A stretch of DNA of 64,000 nt from Dimorphilus gyrociliatus (GCA_904063045.1 CAJFCJ010000011.1:62001-126000); one strand, 5' to 3'; shown: positions 15,118 to 32,060, counted from the stretch's first letter. Program-made: numbers and translations. The notes: a model not told the origin generated them from the letters alone.

Positions 15118-18100
15118 AAAGATCTATACTATATTTTGATATAGAGTATTGTGCAACAAAAAGAAGGACTTTATGAAATTTGTCGTTGTTCTTTTTTTTT
15201 TAAAGTGTATCCAAATAGAAGCATTCATAAAAATTTAAGCCTAATTTGATAAAGAAACTACAAGGGTTCTATTTTAGTTCATTAAGTGGAAAAATACGTC
15301 AAGTGATCAATAAACACATAGCGAATGCATTAAAATTGAAAAAAAAAAATCGATAAATTTCCTGGCAATTTACCTTTTCCTCTAATGATAACAATATTGG
15401 ATTAATAAACAAATTGCATAATTTATATATATATATACAGTATAGACGTATATATAAGAGAGAACGAGAGGAAGGAACAAGGAGAGAAGGGGAAATTCCT
15501 CTTAAATTGCAAATTATATTTGGCCATGTAAGGGATGGATTTTATTTAGGGCTGAATATTTCTGGCCACGTTAATGCTAATTTTCTCCCTGTTTTTGGGA
15601 GGTTAAAAGGGTATGAGAGCAAAGCTCGATGCATTAATTTCCCGATAGATTAGAGCAATCCTAGTAAAAAAAAATTTTTTTTGCCTATTCTCTCTTGAAA
15701 ATATAGCCGTATTGATAATATAAACAAAAGATTTGGTGAAAAGTAAAAGAAAATACGATTTATTTCGACTTTGTCAATGTTTTTATGTATTGTTTGTTTC
15801 TTTCTCTCTTTAGTTTTCTCTTTCTTATCTAGTTTCTCTCCCTTTGTATTTAAATATGCAGTATATCCATTTTTAATCTCGACATACCAAACAAATACCA
15901 AAAAAAATAGTGAACGTTGACATATTCTTTCGAAAAAAGAGAAAAGAAATAAATAAAAAAGGCTTTTTTATACGTCAAGGTTTTATTGACAGATATCAAC
16001 TTCCGATACGAGAATGGCTTACCAGTTTTATCGTTACCGCTACCGTCGCGTGATGAAACTTACCAATTTACATTGAAGCCTATTTCAAACACATTAGGCG
16101 ATTTATTCAGGTGAGTGAGAAACTTTTGTTGTTCTTAACGTATTTAAATATAATAAAGATATAGTACTTAGATAACGTTCCGTAAAATAGTCTACATTCA
16201 TTAATAACTTGAAAACGCTTCTTTTTTTATTTCAAATGTAATTTCATCTTCATCATAAATGATACTCGAGTATAATGAAACGAGTACAGGAATGCTAACA
16301 TCAAGGGATTGTATATAAATAGAAGAGAGATTTTTACAGAGATGCGAGCAGAGGCGACTGTCAAGACAGATTAGACTAAAATAGCTCTCTTAAACGATTA
16401 ATCTTAAATGAGTGAAAAGATTTACAATTCTATAGATGAAGCCTATGTTATTTTTTACTTATAAAGGAAATAGGGAATAAACTGTAATTATTCTTATCTG
16501 AAGAGGCCAAACAAATATCCTACATAGATAACAAAAGAAAAGTTTTGTAAGGCGGTTAGCGTAAACAATCAACATATATGTGCTTTGACAGATTCGTCCG
16601 CAATGAGGATTCGTCTATTGAACGTCTGGCGGCATACACAACGGATGGCGAGAGATTAGCACAATCAACGCCGATGGAACACTTAATCCAATCAAGTTTC
16701 GAGCTCGTATTGAATGATAACAGGTATATGGTGCATCCAGCTGTTGTCGGTACTGTTTCCCACTTTCCTTTCAATATAGCGATTGATTTTGATGGAAATA
16801 TCTGTTTTTTTTCCTTCTTTTTTATATAAAAATCGATATTTAGAGTCGAGAACATCTAGTGAAGCCGTTAGCGATTTGGAGAAAATGAAAAATGGTATAG
16901 CCCAATTGTATAACACTCTTCATATCGACCAGCACCAAATGCAAAAAGAAAAGGTTCTTTTGGAGCGTTTAGAGGAGCTAAAGATGGAAATCGAACCGCT
17001 TGAAACAGGTAGAATGGAATTGGATAGAGCAGCAGAGAAGCGGACGAAATTTCTCTCGTGGTTTGGATTAGGACTTATGGGATTGCAGTTTGGACTATTG
17101 GCCCGTTTAACATGGTGGGAATACTCGTGGGATATTATGGAGCCGATAACATATTTTGTTACTTACGGGACGTCGATAGCCATGTTCGCGTATTACGTCG
17201 TCACGAGACAGGTAATTAGCGAAGAAAGAGCATGACTTAGTAGGCAAAAAGCGACTGATTCTATTTCTGTAGATTATTCCCTTCAGCTAGATCCGTATTT
17301 AACTAAAATGTTATTATGTCAAAAAACTATATCACCTGCACGCATTTATACATTCACTTTATACCCATGCATCAAGTATTTATACAACAGCAATATACCT
17401 ACGCCCGCAACGAATAGTAGATATATTCTGTATACAGTGTATATACCCTATATACTTGGAACTGTATGCAATTTCCTCCTCTGTATATACTGTCTACGTT
17501 TACACATACGTTTAAGTACATCTATACAAGCGCAGCAGAAATTATCAATAACTTACTATATTGATACGATATATTTACATATAAAGTCATTTATATTATA
17601 GATATATCTATAGTATTTCTTTTTACTGACTTGGTGACATCATGCCTTATCATCAAAACATTCATGCGAGCCAATTAGGCCTATTTCGAATAGAGAGGGA
17701 AGGGGCAGCGAAAGGGAAGAGGGAAACGTACGCCTCTAGAGGCTAGTCGTATGGAAAATCTTACAAAATTAAATCTTCGACCAACTACGCATATTTATTC
17801 CTACATAATTGGCTTTTTCTCTTTATTCTAATGCAAAATATATAAAATTTCATGTTTTTCTATAATAAGAGGATTTCTTTTTTATTAAGTCTTATTACGT
17901 TCTTGCTCTAATTTATTATCCTTATTGTGTATTTTGTCGTTAATCTTACGACTTGTTGGATGTTGGGTTTTGTTTAGTATTTTGCTCTGATAGTATTCGC
18001 CGTAAGGATGGGGGAATGGAAGGAAGGGAAGGGAGACAAATTGAGAGTGAAAACTGGTGAGAAAAGAAAAAAAATAGATAGTAAGGAGGGGGAAAGGGAA

Positions 18101-18300
18101 ATCCAGGGGTTAAATGTTGATGGATTAACTATTAAAAAAGCGTCGAATGATATTTATAGAATATAGGGTCGTATAGTTGAATAAAATATGAGATAGAACT
18201 TATTTTTACACAAGTGGTAACACATCAGATTGGGAAAACAACAGAACATTAACAGGAGGAAATTATTTTTTGTTTGAACATCTATATTTAGAAAGGGAAA

Positions 18301-18335
<35 letters not shown>

Positions 18336-18797
18336 TTCCGCCTTTTCCTACTTGAATAGTGTATTCATGTTAAAAAGTGATGGAAAATCTATAATAGTAG
18401 ATAAATATAAACAATTCGCTAGGGTATATAGATGTAGAAAGGCCTCTTGATACTTTTATATTCAAACGCTATTGTAAGAGAAAATGGCAGTTTATTGAGG
18501 CGAAAATTCGGTATGAACGAACCCAATTACTATCCGTCGCATTACTTTAATGTTTAACGATGGTCGTTTTTTTTATTGATTTAGGAATACAATTTCGTGG
18601 ACGTCCGGAATCGGGAATATTTATTAACAATGCATAGGGGAGCCAAGAAACGAGGTCTTGATATCAACAAATACAACCAACTAAAGGAAGAGATCTATCA
18701 AGTAGAATACGATTTGAAGCGACTTAGGGATCCTTTGCAGTTGCAGCTGCCGATTAACGCCTTGAAGCCTCAAGATAGGAGTGAAGATGTTGCTTAG
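13251..18797 (+). CDS. MCU: Mitochondrial calcium uniporter pore subunit
   Basis: Exons 13251-13337 (Arg/Ser-rich presequence), 13660-13723, 15993-16110 (YENGLPVLSLPLPSRDETYQFTLKPIS), 16592-16749, 16844-17211 (LARLTWWEYSWDIMEPITY, the DIME filter) and 18585-18797 (YDLKRLRDPLQLQLP). All splice phases are compatible. Confidence 0.96.
14923..14970. repeat. (TA)n microsatellite in an MCU intron; a second tract lies at ~15079-15114
   Basis: Direct dinucleotide run. Confidence 0.9.
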
Positions 18798-19576
18798 ATT
18801 GAATTTAGGAAGTGAGGGTGTACGTCTTTATCAGTTTATCTGTCATTTTTACCGAGGTAAAATTTAGTTATGTAAGTGGGACGAGATGCTTCTTTATCAA
18901 AAATTTAATTTCAGTCTTCTTTTTAACATTTTCTTTTTTAAATTAAAAAAAAGAATGCATTAAAAAACAAAAATAACAAAAAAAAAAACAAAAAAAAAAC
19001 GAACAAACAAACAAACAAAATATTAAAAATTAAACTTATTTTCGATCTTTTCACAAAAATTTGATTTAAAATGAAAATAATGGAAAATAATTTTATTTTA
19101 TCTCTGCAGTAAAAAAATAATAATAACAACAATAATAATAATTTTCCAGATTTTTCCTTATCAAGAATTTTTAACCTTTTTATAGATTGTAGTTTTTTCT
19201 TTTTCTCTTTCTTTTTAAAGAAACAAAGAAGAGAAGAAATGGAAAAAAATTATAGAGAAACAGTTATTTATTTTTTAAAAAATGATATAAAGCTTTGTTT
19301 TCTTTTTTTTTTTAATGTAAAAAAACTTTTCTTTTGCCATAAACTTAAAATCCCCCCCAGAAAATTGTACAAACTACAGATTTATATACTGTATATTATA
19401 CTATATAGATATATATAGTATAATGTTGAATAATAGTACTTTAATGTTTTAAAAAAATGAATATAATTTGATTAAAATTTCAATTAACTGTCATTTTAAA
19501 AAGAAAATTAACAGTTTTTTTAGTTTAATACTTTAAGACAAATTCTTTGAAGTGTGACATATCAAAAATATGATGA

Positions 19577-19579
<3 letters not shown>

Positions 19580-19611
<32 letters not shown>
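19580..19611. repeat. (TC)n microsatellite
   Basis: Direct dinucleotide run. Confidence 0.85.
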
Positions 19612-19616
<5 letters not shown>

Positions 19617-22600
19617 GATCATTCATGCTTACTTGTCTATTTGTTATACTAAAAAAAGAAATACAAAACTGGACGGAGAAGGCTCTTTCTTTTTGTGCGA
19701 TATTTTATTATCACTTATTACTCTTAGTTTATTTGAATGAAATACAAATCTTTTAAGCTTTTAATAACGAAATATAGTTTACACTCTTCGTCTATATGTT
19801 ATTTTAACGAAGTAACATATATATATATATATCAAATATTGTTTATTAATAATGAATGAAGTGTCTTAAATGGCAGTAATTAAAGAATAAAAAGTTTCTG
19901 CTATATATATATATATATATATATATGTAAAAAAAACACCTCTATTAACAATAGAGTCTTTTTTGGGTTTGTGGTGGCTCTTAGATATTAGCTTTTTATT
20001 GTTATTTAAGCAATATATTATGTTTCATTGTTTCATTTTAAGAAATAAGATATAAAGTAATTGTAACTATTTTTATTCAAGTAATTTATTAGTAAACTGC
20101 TTGATATTTACAGATCTATCAACTATAGATAAATCCTAAATGTCTTGTGTTTTTTTTTTTTTTTTCTCTTCCTTTTCCTTCCAAATCTCTTCCAAATCTC
20201 CCCTGCCTCGTTTTGGTTGTCTCTCATCTCTTCAATGAAATTCTCAAGGGTTTTGATAATGTCACAAAATGACCAATAATCGTTAACCAATGTATGAGAT
20301 TGAGTGTGTTCGACGATACCTTTTAGACCTTGCTTCAATGTTGGATAAATATCTCAAAAAGAGATCGCCCACTGCTGCTATATCAGCTCCTTACGAATTA
20401 GTTTGACTCAGTGGAGCGTCACAGAGGTTGTTGGACGAATAATCCGTGTCTTTTTGGCAGCTGACAGCTCTACGTAGTATTTGCACTTTTGATAAATTGG
20501 CTAATCATGATGATAACTATACTTTTTCATCATCGTATTTAAGGATGATAAAACTCATTCCAAGAAATAGAGATAACTATTAATTCTCTACTGTGCTTTT
20601 CTACAAATCTCAACTGTATACAGTATATATATACAGTGCCTTCGCCTATAGTTCATTACTCGAGGATACACAGTATCTCTTATTCTTTTTACTACTTTAA
20701 ACAAGACAATCTACACAGTTTTAACATCAAAGGTATCCGAATCTTCAATCAATAATGTAGCTAGGTCAACAGATAGAAAATCCGAATTTTTCACACCAAA
20801 CATACACATTTTAAAATGTTATTAGCGGCGTAATCCAGGGTAAGCGTCTCTTTTAAAATGTCAATGAATGATGTACATTCTCCAAAAACTTTAATGGCAA
20901 CTGCTAATTGACCATTGGAAGAACGGCCTAAATGACTACTTCCCTCTATATCTTGTAAAAAATCCTCACCCTGGGGTAGGTAGCCTTCTTCTTTTTCATC
21001 ATATCCTTCATCAGTTGCCAAAAAGACAAAGTTCATTTTTCATCTTTGTTGTGTCTTATCAAGGCCATACCAGAAAAAGGATTAATATATTTCCAAGGTT
21101 ATGAAAATCTATCATATTGAATTCAGTAGAAAAATTCCCCTTTATGTTCTTGCGCACAATTGAACTAGACTTTGGAATGGAATGAAATATTTAACGATCA
21201 ATATATAGAACATTCTTCTTGTTGGACAGACGTGTGGCGTATGTTTTTCTAACCCCAAGAGAAAATGTTTCTTTATTCTCTTCATATAACCAATATGGTC
21301 CAGATCGAAAGATTCTAAATTCCCCCATCCCCCTTTTCCCTCCTCCCTTTAATTTACCATAATATTCTGACGTCATTCGTAGATTAATTATTACTTTCAC
21401 TTGACATTTAAATAACAGTAGTTTTTTTCTGATTTAAAGTCTTCGATCATTCGTTTCCTCTCTTTGCACAGGTTCTTTTCCTTTTTATCTAGCAAATTTT
21501 CCTTCAAAACATACCATTTACAATAAGAAATAGTTTTCAACTCTTATTCAGAACTTTCAATTGTATTTTAATCCCTTCTCTTCAGATTTCTCAATTAAAT
21601 TTGTCTTCTTTAACAATCAAATTTCTCTTCCATGAAAATTATCTTTTTTTCGCTGGATAAAACTCAATAATAGTTCGTTACCGAATATTCTTCAGACTAA
21701 GCCTATCTCGAAAGATTTTCTACGCGCTACGGATCACATCTGTCTGGATTCCCTAAATGACCTTGAACCAGTTAATGTATTATTTTAAACATCAAAAAAA
21801 GAAGAAATAATAGAAAATCTATTCTTTTCTTCGTGAAATTCGATTAAAGAAAGTCATTAGCTTCAATTTTTGGAGAGAATTCATTTAGTGAACTTTGTAT
21901 TAGAATTACAAACCTTCCTTATGCCTATCAGTCACATCCCATCCTCAACAGAATCGTTTTCCTCCATCTATCTTTTTCAGTTTTTCAGCTTTCAAAAAGG
22001 TTTCGTATTTCGAAAGAGAAAACCATTTTTAAAAGTTACCTTAATCTGACACGCTCTTCTCACCTTTCATCTCAAATCAATCAGGCAGTCATCATAATTT
22101 AAAAGGAAGAAAAATAACTCTCACACGGATTCTACTATATCCTTTTACTTATATCATCTCATCTTATCTTTTGGATTCTATCTCATCATTCTGCAGTACG
22201 GTTTCGTTTCTTGATCCTCCTTAAAGTGATTTCAAACAAGTAATTAATTTAATTCCGCTTCGCCCTTTCTCCTCTTAAAATAATAGACGTCCAGTTTCAG
22301 TGCTCTAATAGATATTTCTTTCATTTTTTTTTAAAAAAAAAACATTAGACGCTTTTCGACGCCCAAAGCTGTTTCTTAACTATTTAAAAAAATTATTCTT
22401 ATTAATTGAATCAATTAGTGTTATAGGCCTTTTTTCTTTATCTTCCACTTTATCAAATTAAAATGTAATTCCCTGAGAATATTCTAAAATTTAATTAAAT
22501 AAATCGTTTCTACTTAGGTCATACCATATTAAATAGATTGGAAAAAGGGCCTTGTAGAAAAGGGCATAGAAGATTTTAAGAGAGGAAAGTATTTAAATAT

Positions 22601-23122
22601 TTCTTGATGACGTCACTAAACCCAATAAACCGTAATATCCTCAAACGCCTTTTACAGTTCGACTAATCAATCAGCCAGGGCATTAAATAATTTGAATAGG
22701 AACGTTCGAGTTGGAAAAAATTGCTAATTTCACTTGGGAAAATTTTTAAGAAATATTCAATCTATAGGCCTAAGTATATTTTTTTATTATTATTGTCAAT
22801 AAAACTTGTTTCTTGTAAGCAATTAATGTATAGATAAGAAGATTGAATAGAAAAGAATGTTAGACAGTAAAATATTGCATAAAAAGTTTGTAGTTATTAT
22901 AAAAAAACGCAAAGAGTAGTTTTTTTTTGTCTTGTTTGCTTTAAAGATAAACTGGTGGGAAGGTTTTTTCTTTCATATTTTTGTTTTGTATTATTAAACT
23001 TATTAATAATTTTTTAACAAATTTAGTACTGAAAAAATTCCTAAATTCTCCATATTCCAATGAAATACAATACACGACGACATACCAAGCGTGAAAAAAC
23101 ACAACCGACCAACTAAATATTC

Positions 23123-24789
23123 CTATTCCCATTCTGTGGTTCCTGGCGGTTTCGAGGTCAAATCAAAAAGAACTCTGGATATCCCGGGAACTTGTTTAAC
23201 TGCTTCTACCATTTTTTTAACGGTGGATTCTTTTATTTGTCGACCAGGTACTGCAGCAACACCGGTCATAAAATCATTTGTCAGGAATGGCCTCAATACG
23301 ATTGACCATTGAGCAGAAGGAATATTGCTGCCTGGTATTCTGTCAAAATGAATGGGGATCAAGACGATTGGCATCTGAGCTATACTTTTCATTTCGCCCG
23401 ATTCTTTTAACGCATGGGTTGCAACACTATCAGCTTCTCTCAATGTTTCTATAACCCTTTTCGAGAGCATTGTATGGGTAATTTCTGTAACAGGTTCAGT
23501 AATCTTTTGGCCAAATGCATAAACAACTCTATTAACGTTTCTACAAATCCTTGGTATAATCTGAGCAAAAGTCGACAAGTACTGCCAATTGGGTGACTCA
23601 TCGGATGAAAGAGCTGCTACGTAGCTATACGTTCTGCAATCACCTTGCACACCGACAGATTTTATAGGCAGTAGAGAAACCGATATACTGTAAGAAGACG
23701 TGATTTCTTCTAAGTAAATTTGTTCTTCTTCAGTGATAGCATCTCGAATCTTTTGTACTGTAGCTTGCGGTTTCTTAACAGCGCCAGAGAAGTTAACAAT
23801 TGCCTTAAGAATGATACTAGTTTCGGCAAAATCTTTTTCCATAAAGGGCGTTTCAGCGCAAATTATTCTAATAGCTAAACCAGGACCAGGAAAAGGGTGT
23901 CGCTGCACTATTTCCTCTGGCAAGTTCAAATCTCTTCCGAGAGAGCGAACCTCATCCTTATGAAAGTCTTTCAAGGGTTCAATTACCTGTCCTTGTCTAC
24001 GAAGTTCCCTAACCAAATCAGTATCGTTGTGATGTGTCTAAACAGAATAAAGAATAAAGCTAGAGAGATCTAATTTTTTTTCTAATTGAAGATAAATAAT
24101 TCTGTGACATATTTAATAATAAAATGAAAATAGAAAATTGTACCTTAATTGCGTCTGCCTTATTTGAAGCTAATTCTGAAGCGCTTTCAATTAAATCCGG
24201 TCTTAGAGTTCCTTGAGCTAAATAAACATCTTTAGGATTCAAGTTCAGATCTTCAATTAGGCTGTTCGCAATCTAAAACATAAAAAGATGAAAATAAAAA
24301 TTATAGATAAAATCTTATTATATATAATTAAAGAAAAATGACAAACATTCATAAATGTGTCTCCGATAATCTTTCTCTTCTCTTCCGGATCAATTGTCAA
24401 GCATAAGGGCTTTGTTGTCTTTCTAAAAGATAAATTATTATGTTAATAAAGAGGATAGTTGTATATAAAACTATAAATAAATATTTATTAATATATATAT
24501 AATATAAAGAGAGAGAGAGAGACGGAGAAAGACATATATTTCCATACAAGAAATCCTCTACTACCAAAAAAAAGAAAGAAATCTAATTAGGGCAATATAA
24601 TAGGAGGATATTTTAGTTATACTCCAGAAAAGAAAATACTTTACGTTGCATTATTTTAGAAAAATATAATAGGCAATTACACGAATCACATGATGATTTT
24701 AATTCTTGTAAAGGTCTAGTTTATAGATTATTTTATATATCCTTTCTGGTAATAAAATAAAAATAATACAGTACCGACTAATAAGTGCA

Positions 24790-24829
<40 letters not shown>

Positions 24830-26846
24830 GCACTGCTTACTTAAATATAGCTTTATATCCATTTAAAAAAATGGATCTTGCCTAAATGTTATAGAGATTG
24901 CAATTATTTATCATCATGGCCTTTATATAAATTTATAACATAAATCATAAGGAAAAAATGAGGAGAATAAATAAAAGCCAATTTACTTTATCTTAGTATT
25001 TTTATCTTCTATTATAGTTGTGGAGTCATAAAATATTTGAGTAGCGTTTGTAACGTCCAAGTGTAAACCGTTTTGTTTTAAGGATGCTTCAACATTTTTA
25101 CTTTCGTCTTTTCTCATAAAACCATTATCAATGTGTAAAGCGATTAGTTGATCTTTATTCAAAGCTTTATGTAGTAGTGCTGCACAAACAGTTGAATCTA
25201 CACCACCCGATACAAGCATCTAATTTGGAAAAAAAAACTATACTATTGATTGCTTGATTGATTGATTATAGTAGTAATAAAAAAGAAACAATAAAGAATT
25301 TTATCTAAGGTTGTTTTTAAAAGAAAACACTGTTAAATATTACTGCCTTACACATATTATTAATACTCTTATAGTTATTCGCAAATAGGCTTAAACCGTC
25401 ATGAGTAAACAATTCATTTAACGATGGTACCATATTAAGGTCACGGAAGATTACATATTGATTTACAATTATTTTAAGAAAATGATATAATCACAATAGG
25501 GATTAAACTTAATAGTATTATGTTTAAATTTATGCTAAAAATAGAAAACTAGTTTGATTGATTATTTATAAATCCGTAAACGTTTTTACGGCTCCATAAA
25601 TAATATATATACTCCCAAGGCTTTAGAGTAGATTTTTGTCATGAAGCAAATCAAACATTAGATTTACTGTTTTTCCAATAAATTAACATAAAAATTTACT
25701 TACTAATACTTTTGACTTTCCTACTGATTTCTTTATATAATCAATACATAATTGTTCACGAGACTCCATTGTGAATTTTGGTTTAAGTTTTGAAATTTCA
25801 AATAGGAAATTCTGAAATATCTTCTTTCCATTCTCAGTTAATTCAACTTCGGGATGAAATTGAAGACCGTAGAGCTTCTTGCTTTCATTGGCAATACCTG
25901 TATAATAGTTTCTAATGATTAAATTCAATAAAACTAATATTAATTAATATTTTTCACCTGCTGTAATATTTTTTGAATTACAAATTATTTTAAACCCTTC
26001 AGCTGGCTTTGTAACTGAATCTGAGTGAGTCAACAGAACTTTTTGCTCGGAATTTAAATTTCTAAGAAAATCACAAAATATAAAAGAATTTAATTATAAA
26101 CAAAACGATCAATCCTACTTGAAAAGAGAACATTTTGTATCAATTTTTATCTTAAACTGTCCATCTTCACGGCTAGTTGTCCGATTTACATCACCTCCAA
26201 ATTCTTTATTTAGCAGCTTTTTTTTATAAAATTATAATAGATTTTATGTTTAAAGTTCGTTTAATTGGCCTTTAATAAGTTAAATACCTGCATTCCATAG
26301 CATATTCCAAGTAGTGGTAGCCCGCATTGAAATATTGAAGGATCGTACTTGGGAGCGTTGTCCTCGTACACTGAATTTGGTCCTCCAGATATGATTATAG
26401 CTCTGTGAAAGAAATTTAATTTTAGTAAACGTTTAAAATTTTCAAAAGATGCGCTATATTGGTTTTCCGTTCCATAGATAAAAGTTCAATGTTATTGAAC
26501 ACAATGAAATTCTATTTTTAAAAACAATAATGGATTTATTACAGTTAAAGTCTTTAAATTTAACGATATTTCCAAAAAAATGATCTTGCTAAGTTTTGTT
26601 GTTTTATAAAAGAAATGAGAAATTAATAAGAATTATGGAAAAAAAAACCAACTTGTAATTATTCGCTAGCAGAAAGCTTGCAGTAGTTTCAAGGGGTAGT
26701 AGTTCTGATTTAATTTTCAGTTCTCGGACCTTACGGTCAATGACCTAAAAAATAATATGTATTATTATCCAAAACTAGCAATAATTGATATATACCTTTC
26801 CATATTGCGCTCCAGCATCTAAAATAGCAACTTTGTTTTCCTCCAT
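23123..26846 (-). CDS. GMPS: GMP synthase (glutamine-hydrolysing)
   Basis: [17 protein letters not shown]. GATase triad motifs LGICYGMQ and LQFHPEV. ATP-pyrophosphatase motif SGGVDSTV. Also [27 protein letters not shown] and C-terminal [13 protein letters not shown]. Multi-exon. Confidence 0.97.
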
Positions 26847-27987
26847 TAGACTAATAACAAAATAAGTCTTAGTATAAAGTATAAAAATTATTATTGTAAA
26901 TAAAATTACATTTATTATTTATAAAAATTATTTATTTAACGCGGTACGAAAATAAAAGACTGTCCAAAATTTGGATAATATTCGGTATCGAATTCACTAA
27001 TCTCAAAAGAATATAAAATAATAAATGTCTAGTTAAGTCAAGCAATACTTTTTCTATTGTAAAATAAGAAAATATTTAAAATAAATGATAAAATAATATA
27101 AATTTTTAAAAAAATCAAAAACCTGCCGTGTTATAAAGACGAATTTTAGAGATAGTGTGCAGCACGGTATAGCGATATTAAAGCATTTATGCGTGCGCAA
27201 TGAAAAAAATTTAATAAACCTATAGTTTTTTTCAATTATTTTTAAGTAATGAAAAAGTTTTTAAATTAAATTTTAACAAGTATGAAATAAACAATTTGTC
27301 GGTATCATTCGTACGGGCGGAAATATTTAGCGTATTTCCTTCCATAAATTATTAAATTAGATTTTTTAATTTATTAGAATATTTTTCTAAAAACAACTTG
27401 TCTAAAAAATAACTTACGTGTATCAGCACTAGATTTTAGACGATGCCTTTTATGATCCCTTAATGAATAGTCTCTATTCTGTTTATTTTGTCTTGTTAAC
27501 ATATACTCTACATATGGACGAACATATAAAAAATGAATAGTCAGAGCTGCTCAATAGAATTATTGGTTTTTATAATAATATTTAGTGGTTTTATAATGTT
27601 AATAAACAGAAAGGAAAAGTACAATTTTAGATAAAGATGATATGAGTATTTTAAAATCTAGGAATCATATTTTTCCAAGCAACATACTTCGAGTACTTAT
27701 TTGACTAGCCAAAACAAATAGTTGAAAATTCTATTATCATTTCTTCTGCGATTAATCAAACAAATTTCAAAAGAACCGCTTATTTGCAAAATATTCTTGA
27801 TCATGTGACTCACTCATAGCTACTTACGCATTTAGTGCTGAGCTACTATTAGATATCAGGAACGATTGAACTTTATTTTGTGTAAGTGACTGTAATAAAT
27901 AATATCTTTTGTTCCATTGGAATATGACAGTTATTTGTGATTTTTAACAGAACCAGCATAACAAATGTCAAAACAGTAAGGAATCTC

Positions 27988-27999
27988 TATCACGTGATA
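27988..27999. promoter_or_regulatory. Perfect 12-bp palindrome TATCACGTGATA (E-box core) 32 bp upstream of the Deltex-like ATG
   Basis: Seen directly. The regulatory role is inferred. Confidence 0.35.
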
Positions 28000-28030
28000 T
28001 TGAAAAGGATAAACCTATAACTAATCAGAT

Positions 28031-30593
<2,563 letters not shown>

Positions 30594-30796
30594 TAAGCCA
30601 TTTGATTGTTACCTTGATATGTCTCATTATCAACGTTGTTCAGACTAGACTAGATGTGTATATCGTTTTTTACACTAACAAATTATAGCGTATTTGTACT
30701 AATCACTAAACTGCAGATTTAATTGTTATTATAATCTTCTGCTCTAGGTTAAACAGAATTTTTATGATGAAAAACACAATACATTTTCAATTTCGT

Positions 30797-31993
30797 TTAA
30801 TCAGCTTGGCAAGCCGATTTGTCTTGACCAGTTTCACAGTAGTCGGAATATGGCCCTCTAACTTCTAAAATACCATATTCTTCAGGGTCTGCAACCGATG
30901 TTTTTCTATTCTTAGCTTCCTTTTCTGGTGGTGAAAATCTAGGAAGATATTTATAAACGAAAATTGCATAACCAATAGATACAATAACAGAAAAGAGAAG
31001 AAACAAAGCTATTAAAAAAAGTAGTGTCCACGTATCGGATATTGATGTTGATCGCTCTAAGTATTCAAGACCATCTTTTCGAATGCTACAATAAAATAAA
31101 AATTATGTTATGAATACACATATATGTATAATAAATAAATAAAATATATATATGTATATGTACAGGCTTCCTTGAAAGAGAGCATTTGAAAATGATTCAA
31201 AATATCTTCTATAATTTTCGGCTGGAAAACTTTTCATAGATGTTTCACATCGGATTCGGTTTAAACGATCGTCTTTATTGTTTTTCCTCTGTTGTATAAA
31301 TGCAATTGTATGGAGACTTGTTGGACACATCCATAGAGTATCAATTTTTAGTCTTTTGATATTGGACAACTTTGTTACATTCTTAATAATATACCGTGTT
31401 GAATGTCCTCTTGAATCTAAGTCAACGAGTTTTATTACACGATCCAAGGTTTTTGGACGAAATCCTAAAATATGACTGCCACTATCCACAAAGAATTTTG
31501 CAGTCTTGTTCAAATATGTGCTAACAAATATTGAACCTGAATCCAAAGCAGGTTCTTCAGCAGAACAGTGATTGATACGAAAATACTTGCTATTTGGAGG
31601 AAGTAGTGAAAATTCAAAAGCAAGATTTATTATACGATTACTTGTAAAATCGCACGGTATATAACTGTTTTTTAAAACTAAACTTTCTAATCTAGGCATA
31701 TGCAGATATTTCAATGTCATTCGATTCCAACAATCGACTAATTCCAACTCTCTAACACTTAGTGTAAATCTGTTTGAATCTTTATCTAAAGGAGTTTGGG
31801 AGGTCTTGTTACAAGCAAAAACAAGTTTTTTACGATCAACTACATTAACTTCGAATGATTCATTATTAGCTGACTCCTTAAAGTAGCATGTATTTTCGAC
31901 GCAATTATGAGAGAATTGAAAGGCAAAACTGATTGATATTAAATTATTAAATACTATATAAAAATAGAGCTCTTTTATCTGTTGTAATTTCAT
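30797..31993 (-). CDS. Uncharacterised type-I membrane protein: signal peptide, LRR-like ectodomain, one TM helix, short Tyr-containing tail
   Basis: ORFs 31103-31993 and 30797-31006 join through GT-AG intron 31163-31086 (GSL|IRKDGLEY...). LRR-like segments LELVDC and LESLVLKNSYI, an LRRCT-like WMCP...IRC, and TM segment LLFLIALFLLFSVIVSIGYAIFVY. Confidence 0.7.
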
Positions 31994-32060
31994 TTTTGTC
32001 TTTTAAAATTTAAATGCAACGAAATTATTTATATCATCTTAAATTATAAATGCAAATTAA

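Noticed and set aside
16556-16916. Minus-strand ORFs overlapping MCU exons; likewise + strand ORFs over GMPS (23091-23963), TRAIP (5614-6036) and EML (3421-3741)
   Set aside because: They lie antisense to well-supported conserved exons and have no recognisable motifs.
21954-21965. ATGGAGGAAAAC on the minus strand, identical to the first 12 nt of GMPS
   Set aside because: Similarity does not extend and the frame closes after 11 codons, so this is most likely coincidence.
27533-27634. Small ORF MNSQSCSIELLVFIIIFSGFIMLINRKEKYNFR with a hydrophobic stretch
   Set aside because: Hydrophobic F/I/L-rich micro-ORFs arise by chance in AT-rich DNA, and there is no supporting context.
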